Shown piece after piece: positions 28,961 to 38,280 of a DNA stretch of 64,000 nt (positions are counted from its first letter, which is position 1; each line of letters opens with the position of its first letter). A program made the translations under genes and the position numbers. The stretch is from Alphaproteobacteria bacterium (GTDB lineage: Bacteria > Pseudomonadota > Alphaproteobacteria > JAREAF01), in NCBI GenBank assembly GCA_035620695.1, contig DASPGI010000126.1, forward strand, positions 509 through 64,508, written 5' to 3'. Below the pieces are notes generated by a model, which made no database searches, was not told the DNA's origin, and saw only the letters and a program-made list of their open reading frames with translations.

Positions 28961-29022
28961 CCCCTCGCCCGCGCGAGCGGGAGAGGGGGGGACCCGTCGC
29001 GTCAGCGACGGGAGGGTGAGGG
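28961..29022. repeat. REP-like double-hairpin unit (orientation B)
   Basis: CCCCTCGCCC..GGGAGAGGG hairpin, second hairpin, then GGGTGAGGG; 5 bp from the DUF559 stop codon. Confidence 0.85.
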
Positions 29023-29027
29023 CCTGT

Positions 29028-29369
29028 TTACTTCCTCGATTGCTCGATCAAAGCGAGATGGATCGTCTCCAGAATGCCTTCCGTATTGGCGAGGACTTCT
29101 GGGTTCCAGAAGCGAAGAACACGATAGCCCCTGCCGGCGAGGTAGGTGTCCCGGCGCTTGTCATACTCGCTCCCATGCTGACCGCCATCCAGCTCGACCA
29201 CCAGCCTGGCTGCCCGGCAAGCGAAGTCCGCGATATAGGGGCCAATCGGAAGCTGCCGCACGAAACGCACGCCCAAGCCATGGTTGCGCAACTTCGACCA
29301 CAGGCGTCGTTCGGCCTCGGTTGGCTCTCGGCGCATCTGGCGAGCGCGGGTGATCAAGTCGCGAGGCAT
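29028..29369 (-). CDS. DUF559 (Vsr-like) endonuclease
   Basis: RARQMRREPTEAERRLW...RQ.PIGPYIADF.C...LVVELDGGQH...RD..L...GYRVLRFWN; alternative starts at 29393 and 29417. Confidence 0.9.
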   Translation of the reverse strand: MPRDLITRARQMRREPTEAERRLWSKLRNHGLGVRFVRQLPIGPYIADFACRAARLVVELDGGQHGSEYDKRRDTYLAGRGYRVLRFWNPEVLANTEGILETIHLALIEQSRK

Positions 29370-29410
29370 ACTCAAAAAAACGCAAACCACCATGCGTTGC
29401 AAGGGAACCG

Positions 29411-29533
29411 CCCTCACCCGGCTCGGGGCTCAACGCCCCTCGCCGACCTCTCCCGCGATGCGGGAGAGGTAATGGACCCCTCGCCCCGCGGATGCGGGGA
29501 GAGGGTGCCGAGCGCAAGCGAGGCGGGTGAGGG
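29411..29533. repeat. Inverted pair of REP-like units (A 29411-29469, B 29477-29533)
   Basis: CCCTCACCC...GACCTCTCCC..GGGAGAGG followed by its approximate reverse complement. Confidence 0.88.
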
Positions 29534-29536
29534 AAG

Positions 29537-30352
29537 TTACACCGCCACGGTCCGCCCGAGTGCGCGGATATGCACCTCGCGGTTGAACATCATCCCGGGC
29601 TTGCGGTCATAGCTGAAAAGCGCGATGAGGCGCGGGCGAGTGCCTTCGACTTCGGTCACGTGATGGAGCGAGCGGCGGCCGCGGAAGAGGGCGAGGCAGC
29701 CGGGCGTGATCGCGCCGGTGCGCTTCAGGCCCGGCTCGTCGTCCAGCATGCGGGCCACGCCTTGGTAATTCTCGTCGTCCTCCGAGCGGATGTTGGGCGC
29801 GTATTCGAACGCGCCGCCACGCTCGGCCGCTTGCAGGAGCAGACTTACCACGAAGTCGTTCTGGTCATAGTGCCAGGCATGCGTGTCGCCGGGCTGGAGC
29901 ACGGTAATGACACATGAGGCGAGCGGGTCGGCGCAGGTGTAAAGCTCTGCCTCTCCCGTCACCGCGGCGATGAAGCGCGTCAGCGCCGGACATTCATAAA
30001 GTGCCCGCGTGACCGAGTCGGCCGGCAGCAAATCGTAGGCAATCGCGCCCATCGAGGAACGGAACCGCCGCCGGCGCGCATGGCCCTCCGGGAGATCGGC
30101 ATCGCCCTTGTTGTTCTCGTAGGAATAGATGCTGTACCACTCGTCCCGGCGAAACGCGCGCGGGACAAGCGCCTCGGCCTCCGCCGCCATCGCCGCCAAG
30201 GCTTCGGAGGCGATGAAACCCGGGAACAGCGCAAGCCCGTCTCTCGCCAGCGCCGCGCGCCCTTCGGCGATCACCGCCTGCGCCTGTGACGATTCGAGGT
30301 CGTCGATCGGATAGCGCTTCAGATCGACCGCTGCGTAGCGGCTCGGGTTCAT
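29537..30352 (-). CDS. Fe(II)/2-oxoglutarate-dependent dioxygenase, BesD/HalD-like fold with HxD triad
   Basis: THAWHYD, GGAFEY, LFRGRRSLHHVT and R.IALFSY motifs; ATG 30352 overlaps the upstream stop. Confidence 0.75.
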   Translation of the reverse strand: MNPSRYAAVDLKRYPIDDLESSQAQAVIAEGRAALARDGLALFPGFIASEALAAMAAEAEALVPRAFRRDEWYSIYSYENNKGDADLPEGHARRRRFRSSMGAIAYDLLPADSVTRALYECPALTRFIAAVTGEAELYTCADPLASCVITVLQPGDTHAWHYDQNDFVVSLLLQAAERGGAFEYAPNIRSEDDENYQGVARMLDDEPGLKRTGAITPGCLALFRGRRSLHHVTEVEGTRPRLIALFSYDRKPGMMFNREVHIRALGRTVAV

Positions 30353-31308
30353 CTCTGCCTGCTCCGGCGGTCGCGGTCCGCTTTCAACCACCGGATCAAC
30401 TCTGCTCGCCGCACGGCCAGCAGCGCCTCGCCGTCGCGCTTCGTCCAGTCATAGATACCGCCGCCTTGCCCGATGCTCTTGCGTCCCTGCCGCACCAGCT
30501 CGCCGATGACGCCGGGCGGCTCGGGCGCCACGTCGAGCGTGGGCTGTAGGAACCGCGCGAAATTGTACATGGTCTCGAGCCCGCCGAGATCGGCCGATTC
30601 GATCGGCCCGGTGACGCCGAGCCGGCGGCCGATCGAGTTGCGGACCACGGCGTCGATGGCCTCGGCCGAGGCGACGCCCGAGGCCCAGAGAGCCCAGGCC
30701 TCGCGAAGCGCCGCGAACTGGATACGGTTGCCGATGAAGCCCGGCACCTCGCGGTCGATCACCACCGGCTCCTTGCCGGCCTCGCGTAGGACCTCACAAG
30801 TCCAGGTCACCACCTCGGGAGCCGTCGCAGGTCCGCCGCAGACTTCGACCAAAGGCAGAAGCTGCGGCGGATACCAGAAATGCGCGGCGATGACGCGCTC
30901 GGGGCGTCCGACCCTCTCTACCAGCTCGCTCGCCGGATGGCCGCTGGACGAAGCCAGCACGGCCGGCGGCGGGCAAATGGAATCGAGCCGCCCGAAGATC
31001 CCGCGCTTGAGCTCCATATTCTCCGGCACCGCCTCGACCACAAGCTGAGCGTCGCGGGCGTCCTCAAGCCTGGTTGAGATTTCCACCCGCGCCAGCGCCG
31101 CCTCGGCGTCGCTTTCCGCAATCAGTCCGTTCTCCCTGAAAAGAGCGAGACCCTCGGAGATCAGCGCCTTCGCGCGCTTCAAGCTGTCAGCGCTGCGGCC
31201 GATCAAACGCACCCGTTTACCGGACATGGCGAAGACCTGCGCCACGCCATGGCCGATGATGCCATTTCCGATCACGGCAACCGTATTGAGAGAGCGGGGG
31301 ACGGCCAT
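30349..31308 (-). CDS. 3-hydroxyacyl-CoA dehydrogenase family protein
   Basis: GNGIIGHG Rossmann motif, EAVPEN..LK, HFWYPP..LPLVE and PGFIGNRIQ motifs. Confidence 0.9.
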   Translation of the reverse strand: MAVPRSLNTVAVIGNGIIGHGVAQVFAMSGKRVRLIGRSADSLKRAKALISEGLALFRENGLIAESDAEAALARVEISTRLEDARDAQLVVEAVPENMELKRGIFGRLDSICPPPAVLASSSGHPASELVERVGRPERVIAAHFWYPPQLLPLVEVCGGPATAPEVVTWTCEVLREAGKEPVVIDREVPGFIGNRIQFAALREAWALWASGVASAEAIDAVVRNSIGRRLGVTGPIESADLGGLETMYNFARFLQPTLDVAPEPPGVIGELVRQGRKSIGQGGGIYDWTKRDGEALLAVRRAELIRWLKADRDRRSRQR

Positions 31309-31389
31309 GGGAACGTTCCTGAATAAGAGGGCGAGGAGTCTGGCGGGTCGCGCGCATGCTAGAATGCCGCAGCGAACGGGGGCATAGGA

Positions 31390-32178
31390 ATGGCCGCAAA
31401 GGGAGAATCGGCTGCGACGCTGCAAGAGCGGGCCTATCGCTGGGTGGAGCCGAGGGCCTGGCCCAAGGGCCTGTCGCCGTTCAACCGGGTGGTCCTGGTC
31501 CTGATTGTGGTGGCCAGCGCCTTGGCCGTGATCGAGACCGAGGACACCGTTGTCGCGCCCGCTCCGAAGCTTTTCGTCGGGTTGGACCTCGCCTTCGGCG
31601 TCATCTTCCTGATCGAGCTGGCCCTGCGTTTCTGGGTGGCGGGTGTCGATCCGCGCTGGGCTGGGCTTTCCGGACGGCTGCGCTGGCTCTTGCGGCCGAT
31701 TTCAATCATCGACCTGATTGCGATCTTGCCCTCCTTCCTTCTCCTCGGCGGCACCGATACCTTCATGCTGCGCTTGATCCGGCTGGCGCGCATTTTGCGG
31801 ATCGCCCGGCTCGGCCAGTTCAGCGAAGCGAGCCTGATGCTCTATGAGGCGATTCGTTCGCGCCGCTACGAGTTGACGGTCAGCTTGCTCGCGGCGGGCA
31901 TCGTCCTGATGGTCTCTGCAACCCTGCTCTACCTGATCGAGGGCGAGGTCCAGCCGCAGGCCTATGGCAGCATCCCGCGCGCGCTGTGGTGGAGCATCGT
32001 CACGCTGACCACGGTCGGATACGGCGACGTTTATCCGGTCACTCTGCTCGGGCGGATCTGTGGCGCGTTCACCGCGCTGGCTGGGATTGGGCTGATCGCG
32101 ATGCCGACCGGTATCCTGGCCGCCGCCTTCAGCGACGTCTTCCAGAAGCGCCGGACCCAGAAGCACGGCGGCGAGTGA
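31390..32178 (+). CDS. Voltage-gated potassium channel-like ion transporter (6TM)
   Basis: S4 RLIRLARILRIARL and selectivity filter TTVGYGD. Confidence 0.92.
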   Translation: MAAKGESAATLQERAYRWVEPRAWPKGLSPFNRVVLVLIVVASALAVIETEDTVVAPAPKLFVGLDLAFGVIFLIELALRFWVAGVDPRWAGLSGRLRWLLRPISIIDLIAILPSFLLLGGTDTFMLRLIRLARILRIARLGQFSEASLMLYEAIRSRRYELTVSLLAAGIVLMVSATLLYLIEGEVQPQAYGSIPRALWWSIVTLTTVGYGDVYPVTLLGRICGAFTALAGIGLIAMPTGILAAAFSDVFQKRRTQKHGGE

Positions 32179-32182
32179 CGGT

Positions 32183-33379
32183 TCAGCCAGCGGAATTCCA
32201 CCGCTCCCCCGCTTCAGGCAACGGATATTTGAGGCCGCTGGCGCAGTTGAACAGCATCACGCGTTCGTCTCGCGAGACCCGGTTCTCCGCGAGTGCTTGT
32301 TTCCAAGCGGCGTAAGTGGCGGCGCCTTCGGGTGACAGCAATAGGCCCTCGGCTTTCGCCACCTCGGCGCGTGCGGCGAGGATGGCCTGGTCGGTCACGG
32401 CGATCGCGAAGCCTCCGCTTTCGCGAACCGCCCTCAGGATCAGAAAATCGCCAATCGCGGCCGGCACGCGGATGCCGGCGGCGACGGTCGCAGCATTCCG
32501 CCAGAGCGCAGCATGTTCAACACCATCATCGAACGCCTTGACGATCGGCGCGCAGCCCGCCGCCTGCACGGCGATCATCCGGGGGCGGTGCGTGTCGATC
32601 CAGCCGAGGCGGCCAAGTTCCGCGAAAGCCTTCCACATGCCGATAAGGCCGGTGCCGCCGCCGGTCGGATAGAAGATCGCATCGGGCAGCTTCCAATCGA
32701 GTTGGTCGGCGAGCTCCAGCCCCATCGTCTTCTTCCCCTCGATGCGATAGGGCTCCTTGAGCGTCGACATGTCGAACCAGCCCATCCGCTCCGTGCCCTC
32801 GGCGACCAGGCGGCCGCAGTCGTTGATGAGGCCATTGACCCGCCACACCGTGGCGCCTTGTGCGGCGATCTCGCGGATGTTCACCTCGGGCGTGTCCTCG
32901 GGACAGAAGACGAAGCACTCTATTCCTGCCCGCGCGGCATAAGCGGCAAGCGCGGCCCCCGCATTGCCGTTGGTCGGGATCGCCACGCGCCGGAGTCCGA
33001 ATCCCTGGGCCATGGTTACCGCCATTGCTAGCCCGCGCGCCTTGAAGGAGCCGGTCGGCAGCCTTCCTTCGTCCTTCACCGTAAGCGCGCGCGCGCCCGC
33101 ATCGGCGGCGAGCCTCGTCAGCGGGATCAGCGGCGTCTGCACCTCGCCTAGCGAGACAATCGCGTCCGGATCGGAGACGGGAAGCAGCGGGAGATAGCGC
33201 CACATCCCCGGTGGATGCTGTCGCAGGCGGTCGCGATCGATCGCGCGACCCAGCGCCTCGAGGTCATAGCGCACGAGCAAAGGTTTCCCCGCGCGCGACA
33301 GGTTGTAGGGTCGGCCGGCTTCATACCGTTCACCAGTGGCCGAGCATTCGAGATGGGAGAGGAATGATGGGTGGTGCAT
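32183..33379 (-). CDS. Threonine synthase-like PLP enzyme (short type)
   Basis: PTGSFKARG PLP lysine, TNGNAG, EGKKTMG, PTGGGTG and SPEGAA motifs. Confidence 0.85.
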   Translation of the reverse strand: MHHPSFLSHLECSATGERYEAGRPYNLSRAGKPLLVRYDLEALGRAIDRDRLRQHPPGMWRYLPLLPVSDPDAIVSLGEVQTPLIPLTRLAADAGARALTVKDEGRLPTGSFKARGLAMAVTMAQGFGLRRVAIPTNGNAGAALAAYAARAGIECFVFCPEDTPEVNIREIAAQGATVWRVNGLINDCGRLVAEGTERMGWFDMSTLKEPYRIEGKKTMGLELADQLDWKLPDAIFYPTGGGTGLIGMWKAFAELGRLGWIDTHRPRMIAVQAAGCAPIVKAFDDGVEHAALWRNAATVAAGIRVPAAIGDFLILRAVRESGGFAIAVTDQAILAARAEVAKAEGLLLSPEGAATYAAWKQALAENRVSRDERVMLFNCASGLKYPLPEAGERWNSAG

Positions 33380-33430
33380 CGTCAGTCTGAAGGAATCCTT
33401 GTGCGTGATTGGAACGGTCTCGTCACCCCA

Positions 33431-33559
33431 CCCTCACCCAGCTCGGGCTCACGCCCTCGCTGACCTCTCCCGCAAGCGGGAGAGGTGAAAAACCCCTCGC
33501 CCCGCGGAGCGACGCGGAGCGGGGAGAGGGCGGCCGAGCGTAAGCGAGGCGGGTGAGGG
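33431..33559. repeat. Inverted pair of REP-like units (A 33431-33485, B 33493-33559)
   Basis: Same family and A-B arrangement as 29411-29533. Confidence 0.88.
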
Positions 33560-33606
33560 GTGATAGCGCAATGTGCGATTCAGTCTCGTGAAGCGCACCT
33601 CACGCC

Positions 33607-34830
33607 TCACTCCTCCGCAAGTTCGCGCAGCACTTCGGCCAGCACCTCAGCGCCGGCGGCGAGGTGCTCCGGCTCGACGGCTTCGGCCTCGTTGTGGCTG
33701 ACCCCGCCGCGGCAGGGAATGAAGATCATCGCCGTCGGGCACAAGCCCGCCATGAACTTGGCGTCGTGGGTGGCGCCGGAGAGGATGTCCTTTGGTTCGA
33801 GTCCCAACCGCCGCGTCGCGCGGCGCACGCGCTCGACCATGGCGGGAGCGAAAACCACCGGGCTTGAATCCAGGATTTGCCGGACCTCGGCCGTGCAGGG
33901 CGAAGCCTCGCTGCGGCAGATCTCGGCAATGCCATGGGTGATGCGATCGAGCAAGACGGCATCGGGATGGCGCAGGTCGATCGTGAACTCGACACGGGCC
34001 GGCACGGTATTGGGCGAGCCCGGCGCCAGCATGAATCTGCCGATGGTGAAGCGGGTGATCTCGGAGGGATCCGCGACCAGCTTGTAAAGCGCGCCGACAA
34101 TGCGGTGAGTGGTCGCGAAGGCATCCTTGCGGCGCGAGGCGGGAGTGGTGCCCGCATGCGCCTCCTCGCCCTCGACGGTGATCGCGAACTGGCGCAGACC
34201 TTGAATTCCGGTGACGGCGCCGATAACGCGGCCCTCCGCCTCCAGCACCGGGCCTTGCTCGATATGCGCCTCTACATAGGCGAAGGCGGCGCGGCCAAGC
34301 GGCCTTGGACCCGCCCCGGACAGAGCCGCGCGCTGCACCGCCAACGCCGCGCCGAAGGTGGCGCCGCTCGCATCGGTTGCGTTCAATGCATCCTCAAGCG
34401 TTATTGCGCCCGCATGCACGGCCGAGCCCATGGTCGCAGGTTGGAAGCGTGCGCCCTCCTCATCGGCCCAGACCACGAGCTCGATCGGCCGCCGCGTGGC
34501 GATGTCCTTCTCGATGAACCCCTCCAACACCTCCAGCCCGGCCAGCACGCCGTAGATTCCATCGTACTTGCCGCCAGTCGGCTGGGTGTCGAGATGCGAG
34601 CCGGTCCAGAGGGGTAAGAGATCTGGCTCGCGCCCCTCGCGTCGCAGGAACAGATTGCCGACCGGATCGAGCGTGGCCGCCAAGCCCAGTCGCTCGCTCC
34701 AGTTGATGAGGAGGGCCCGCGCCGCCGTATCCTCGGGCGAGAGCGCCAAGCGGCACACGCCGCCGCGGCCGGTCGCTCCGATCTGGGCCATCTTTTCGTG
34801 CCTGTGCCAGAGCCGGTCCGCGCTCACCAT
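33607..34830 (-). CDS. M20 family Zn-dependent amidohydrolase (N-carbamoylase/allantoate amidohydrolase-like)
   Basis: GSHLDTQP.GG.YDG, DEEG.RF, EAHIEQG, HAGT and SGATHDA motifs. Confidence 0.9.
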   Translation of the reverse strand: MVSADRLWHRHEKMAQIGATGRGGVCRLALSPEDTAARALLINWSERLGLAATLDPVGNLFLRREGREPDLLPLWTGSHLDTQPTGGKYDGIYGVLAGLEVLEGFIEKDIATRRPIELVVWADEEGARFQPATMGSAVHAGAITLEDALNATDASGATFGAALAVQRAALSGAGPRPLGRAAFAYVEAHIEQGPVLEAEGRVIGAVTGIQGLRQFAITVEGEEAHAGTTPASRRKDAFATTHRIVGALYKLVADPSEITRFTIGRFMLAPGSPNTVPARVEFTIDLRHPDAVLLDRITHGIAEICRSEASPCTAEVRQILDSSPVVFAPAMVERVRRATRRLGLEPKDILSGATHDAKFMAGLCPTAMIFIPCRGGVSHNEAEAVEPEHLAAGAEVLAEVLRELAEE

Positions 34831-35016
34831 GCAAGCGACCCTAGGGGACTATCTTCCGCCGCGGAATAAAATATGGACCAGGCTCATATATGCGCAACTT
34901 CATAACATTGGGATCGATTATTCTCCGAAGATGCAAGGAACTTTGTTGTCTATACAATTCATCACTCATATATTCCAGCAAGTTTGTCCTGTTCGTGCCG
35001 AGGGATGGAAAGAGCC

Positions 35017-37224
35017 ATGGCGCGCGGTTCCATTTGGACCATCACCTCCGGTCTGTCGGCGTTCGACCAGCCCGCGCGGCGGCCTGCAAAGAAGGGCCCT
35101 GCTGCGACATCTTCTGCCGGCGAAGAGGTCGTCGTACAGCAAGTTCCGGGCAGGGTCGTCGTCGGCACCGGTGGCAATGATACCCTCTATGGTGGCGTCA
35201 ATGACGATACGTTGTTCGGGCAAAGTGGCAATGACACGCTGTTCGGATTAGCCGGCAACGACACTTTGTACGGCGGGGCAGGAGGGGACACGTTCTACGG
35301 CGGCGCCGGCATCGACCTAGTCAGCTACAGCAGTTTAACGCAAGCCATCACCGTTGCCCTCGACGGGAGCCCCGCGTCCGGGGCAGCCGAGGTCCGAAAC
35401 GATCGGTTATTCCAGATCGAGCATTTGATCGGGTCGCAAGCAGGCGATCTCCTCATCGGCAGTTTCAATGCCGAAACCCTCGACGGTCATCTCGGCAACG
35501 ACACGCTGTATGGCGGGGCCAGCGATGACAGACTCGATGGCGGCCTTGGCAACGATACGCTCTTTGGCGGGGCGGGCGCAGATGCGCTGTTCGGTGGCGA
35601 AGGCATCGATATTGCCGACTACTCCGCTTCCGCCGGAGTGACTGTGAACCTTGCCACTGGCATGGGAACCGGCGGTGCGCTGGGCGACACCTTCGCTTCC
35701 ATCGAAGCTTTGATCGGCTCGGGCACCGACGGCGATGTGCTCGTTGGCGACGCCAACGCCAACACTCTCATCGGCAATGGCGGCAACGATACACTGATAG
35801 GGGGGTCCGGAGGCGACACTCTCTATGGCGGGGCGGGCGTCGATGCCGTGTCCTTTGCGGCATCTGCCGCGGGCGTCAGCGTGGATCTGGGCAGTGGACT
35901 CGCCGTCGGCGGCGATGCCCAGGGCGATGTTTATTCGAGCATCGAGGTGCTTATCGGGTCGGCCTTCGATGACATCTTGATCGGCCAATCGCCCGTAAGC
36001 GATACCGTCTACGGGGGCGACGGCAATGACACCGTGGGCGGAAATGGCCTTATCGGCGGCGACCCGAATGGCGACCTCCTTTACGGAGGCGCTGGTTTGG
36101 ACACGGTTTCCTACTCTGGCGGCGGACCCGGAATAACCATCTCGCTTGATGGCAACCCAGGTCTAAGTGGAAACGCCCTCAATGATCGACTGTTCGAGAT
36201 CGAGGCGCTGTTCGGCTCGTTGAATGACGACCTGCTGGGCGCCAGCGGGGCTCTCGGCTTCAATGTGACGATTGCCGGTCTGACCGGGAACGACACCATC
36301 AACGGCGGGCTCGGCAATGACTTGCTGCTGGGTGGCGACGGCAACGACCGCCTAACCGATCTAACTGGCGCCGATTCGATCTTCGGCGGCAACGGCAACG
36401 ACACCGTGCAATTCAGCAACCAATCCTTCATTCTCGATGGCGGCATCGGCACCGACACGCTCCTCGGCACCGCGGGCGCCGACCGCATCGATTTGAGCGC
36501 GGCGCGGTTCGCCGGCGGCGGTGACGGCAACGCTTTTACCGCGAACAGCCGCGCCGGCGCCTTCGAGGTGTTCGAGCTCGGCGACGGCAACGACGTGCTG
36601 TTCTATTCGTTCCCCAGCTTCGATAACGTAGCTTCGACCGTCTATGGGGGCTTGGGCGACGACCAGATCGCGATGCTCGACGGCGGTGCCGCGCTGGGCA
36701 GCAGCCAAACGCTCTATGGCGGCGACGGCGTCGACCGGATCTGGGCCGGCTGGTTCGGCAGCGGCGGCAGCTCGACGGTGTTCGGCGGCGCCGGCGACGA
36801 TTTCCTCTATGCCGGCGCCGGGGCGGCGGGGCCCGGAGGCTTCGACGACACGCTCTATGGCGGAGACGGGTTCGACAACTATTACTGGTCGCCCAACAAT
36901 GGCGGGTTCGGCACCGACCTTATCTTCGATTCCGCCCCGGGCGGAAACGGGTTGGTCATCTTCGGCGGCAACACCGCCCCCGCCTCCGGCTTCCCGGACA
37001 CAGGCGCTCCCGACAATGATCCGGTCAACGGTCAAGTCAACCTTGTCGATCTCGGCGGCGGCATGTTCAGGATCCAGGACAAGAACGATCCGACCGACTC
37101 GATCACCTTCCGCGGCGGCGACATCACCGTGATCAATTTGCACAGCCGCCCCGGCGGCCAAGGGACAGGTGAAAACTTCATCTATACCTGGGACGGAAGC
37201 GGCTGGGTGGATCAGAACGGCTGA
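35017..37224 (+). CDS. RTX-type (hemolysin-type Ca-binding) repeat protein
   Basis: Many GGxGNDTLYGG/DTLFG nonapeptide repeats over about 600 aa, no Sec signal, acidic Gly-rich C-terminus; no catalytic domain recognised. Confidence 0.88.
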   Translation: MARGSIWTITSGLSAFDQPARRPAKKGPAATSSAGEEVVVQQVPGRVVVGTGGNDTLYGGVNDDTLFGQSGNDTLFGLAGNDTLYGGAGGDTFYGGAGIDLVSYSSLTQAITVALDGSPASGAAEVRNDRLFQIEHLIGSQAGDLLIGSFNAETLDGHLGNDTLYGGASDDRLDGGLGNDTLFGGAGADALFGGEGIDIADYSASAGVTVNLATGMGTGGALGDTFASIEALIGSGTDGDVLVGDANANTLIGNGGNDTLIGGSGGDTLYGGAGVDAVSFAASAAGVSVDLGSGLAVGGDAQGDVYSSIEVLIGSAFDDILIGQSPVSDTVYGGDGNDTVGGNGLIGGDPNGDLLYGGAGLDTVSYSGGGPGITISLDGNPGLSGNALNDRLFEIEALFGSLNDDLLGASGALGFNVTIAGLTGNDTINGGLGNDLLLGGDGNDRLTDLTGADSIFGGNGNDTVQFSNQSFILDGGIGTDTLLGTAGADRIDLSAARFAGGGDGNAFTANSRAGAFEVFELGDGNDVLFYSFPSFDNVASTVYGGLGDDQIAMLDGGAALGSSQTLYGGDGVDRIWAGWFGSGGSSTVFGGAGDDFLYAGAGAAGPGGFDDTLYGGDGFDNYYWSPNNGGFGTDLIFDSAPGGNGLVIFGGNTAPASGFPDTGAPDNDPVNGQVNLVDLGGGMFRIQDKNDPTDSITFRGGDITVINLHSRPGGQGTGENFIYTWDGSGWVDQNG

Positions 37225-37230
37225 TAAGGA

Positions 37231-37367
37231 CCCTCGCCCCACGGTAGTGGGGAGAGGGCGGCCGAGCGTGAGCCGAGGCGGGTGAGGGAGGGGTGCTTGC
37301 GCCTCGCATCACCCTCACCCGCTCGGGGCTGACTGCCCCTCGCGACCTCTCCCGCGAACGGGAGAGG
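37231..37367. repeat. Inverted pair of REP-like units (B 37231-37288, A 37312-37367)
   Basis: B-A orientation with a 23-bp spacer, between convergent genes. Confidence 0.88.
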
Positions 37368-37375
37368 TGATTACT

Positions 37376-38170
37376 TCAATCCATCACCTCGCCGCGATCG
37401 ACATGCAGGCTTTGGCCGGTGATGTTGCGCGCTGCATCCGAGGCGAGAAACAGATAAGCGTCGATCAGATCGGTCGGTTCGAGCATTCCGGGGAAGGCCT
37501 GGCGCGACAGGATTTCCTCGGCCATCGCCTCCTCCGAAAGGCCGCGGCGTTGTGCTTCGTCGGCGAGGCTCTTCAGCGCCGGCTCGGTGCGGATCCACCC
37601 TGGGCACACTGCATTCACGGAGATGCCGCGCGGGCCCAACTCCTGTGCGAGCGAGCGCATGAAGCCGAGATTGGCGTGCTTAGAGGCGCAATAGGCGCTG
37701 AAGAAGCCGACGGCGGTTTTGCTCCAGACCGAGGCGGTGATGACGATCCGGCTGCCCGGACCCATGCGCGCCACCGCCTCGCGGGCGACGTAGTAGGTGC
37801 CGAGCACATTGACCTCGACGATACGGCGAAACAACGCCTCGGCCTCGGCGCCCGGCGCGTCGATCGGCGTCATGCGCTCGATACCTGCATTGGCGATCAG
37901 CACATCGAGCCGATCGATTCCGGAGAAGGCGCCGGCCACCGCTTCGCGATCGGCGATGTCGCAGAGAAGGCCCCGCACTTGGCGTCCGCCGGCCATCCCG
38001 CTCAACGCTCCGGCGGCCTCCTCGATCTTTGGATCGTCGGCGAGGATCGTCAGATCCGCACCGGCGCGCGCAAATCCGCTTGCCACGCCGTAGCCAATGC
38101 CACGGCTGCCGCCGGTGACCAGAACGCTCTCGCCCTCGAAGCTCCAGCGACCCGCTCCCGCCTGTGCCAT
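37376..38170 (-). CDS. SDR family oxidoreductase
   Basis: TGGSRGIG, NAG, YCASK and AVCPG motifs. Confidence 0.92.
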   Translation of the reverse strand: MAQAGAGRWSFEGESVLVTGGSRGIGYGVASGFARAGADLTILADDPKIEEAAGALSGMAGGRQVRGLLCDIADREAVAGAFSGIDRLDVLIANAGIERMTPIDAPGAEAEALFRRIVEVNVLGTYYVAREAVARMGPGSRIVITASVWSKTAVGFFSAYCASKHANLGFMRSLAQELGPRGISVNAVCPGWIRTEPALKSLADEAQRRGLSEEAMAEEILSRQAFPGMLEPTDLIDAYLFLASDAARNITGQSLHVDRGEVMD

Positions 38171-38280
38171 GAACCTGGACCCCGATCTTGATTGACGTCG
38201 AGGGAGCTCTCCCGCCGGCCCCCGCTTTCGGCGATAAATGCTAGGGGCCGGAGCGGCCCGGCACAATGGAGGGAAGGGGC

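Noticed and set aside
29537-30352. BesD-type halogenase call
   Set aside because: The metal motif is H-Y-D; halogenases have Gly/Ala in place of the carboxylate
28961-37367. Repeats as a CRISPR array
   Set aside because: Units are inverted pairs at three separate loci with no regular unique spacers, and there are no cas genes
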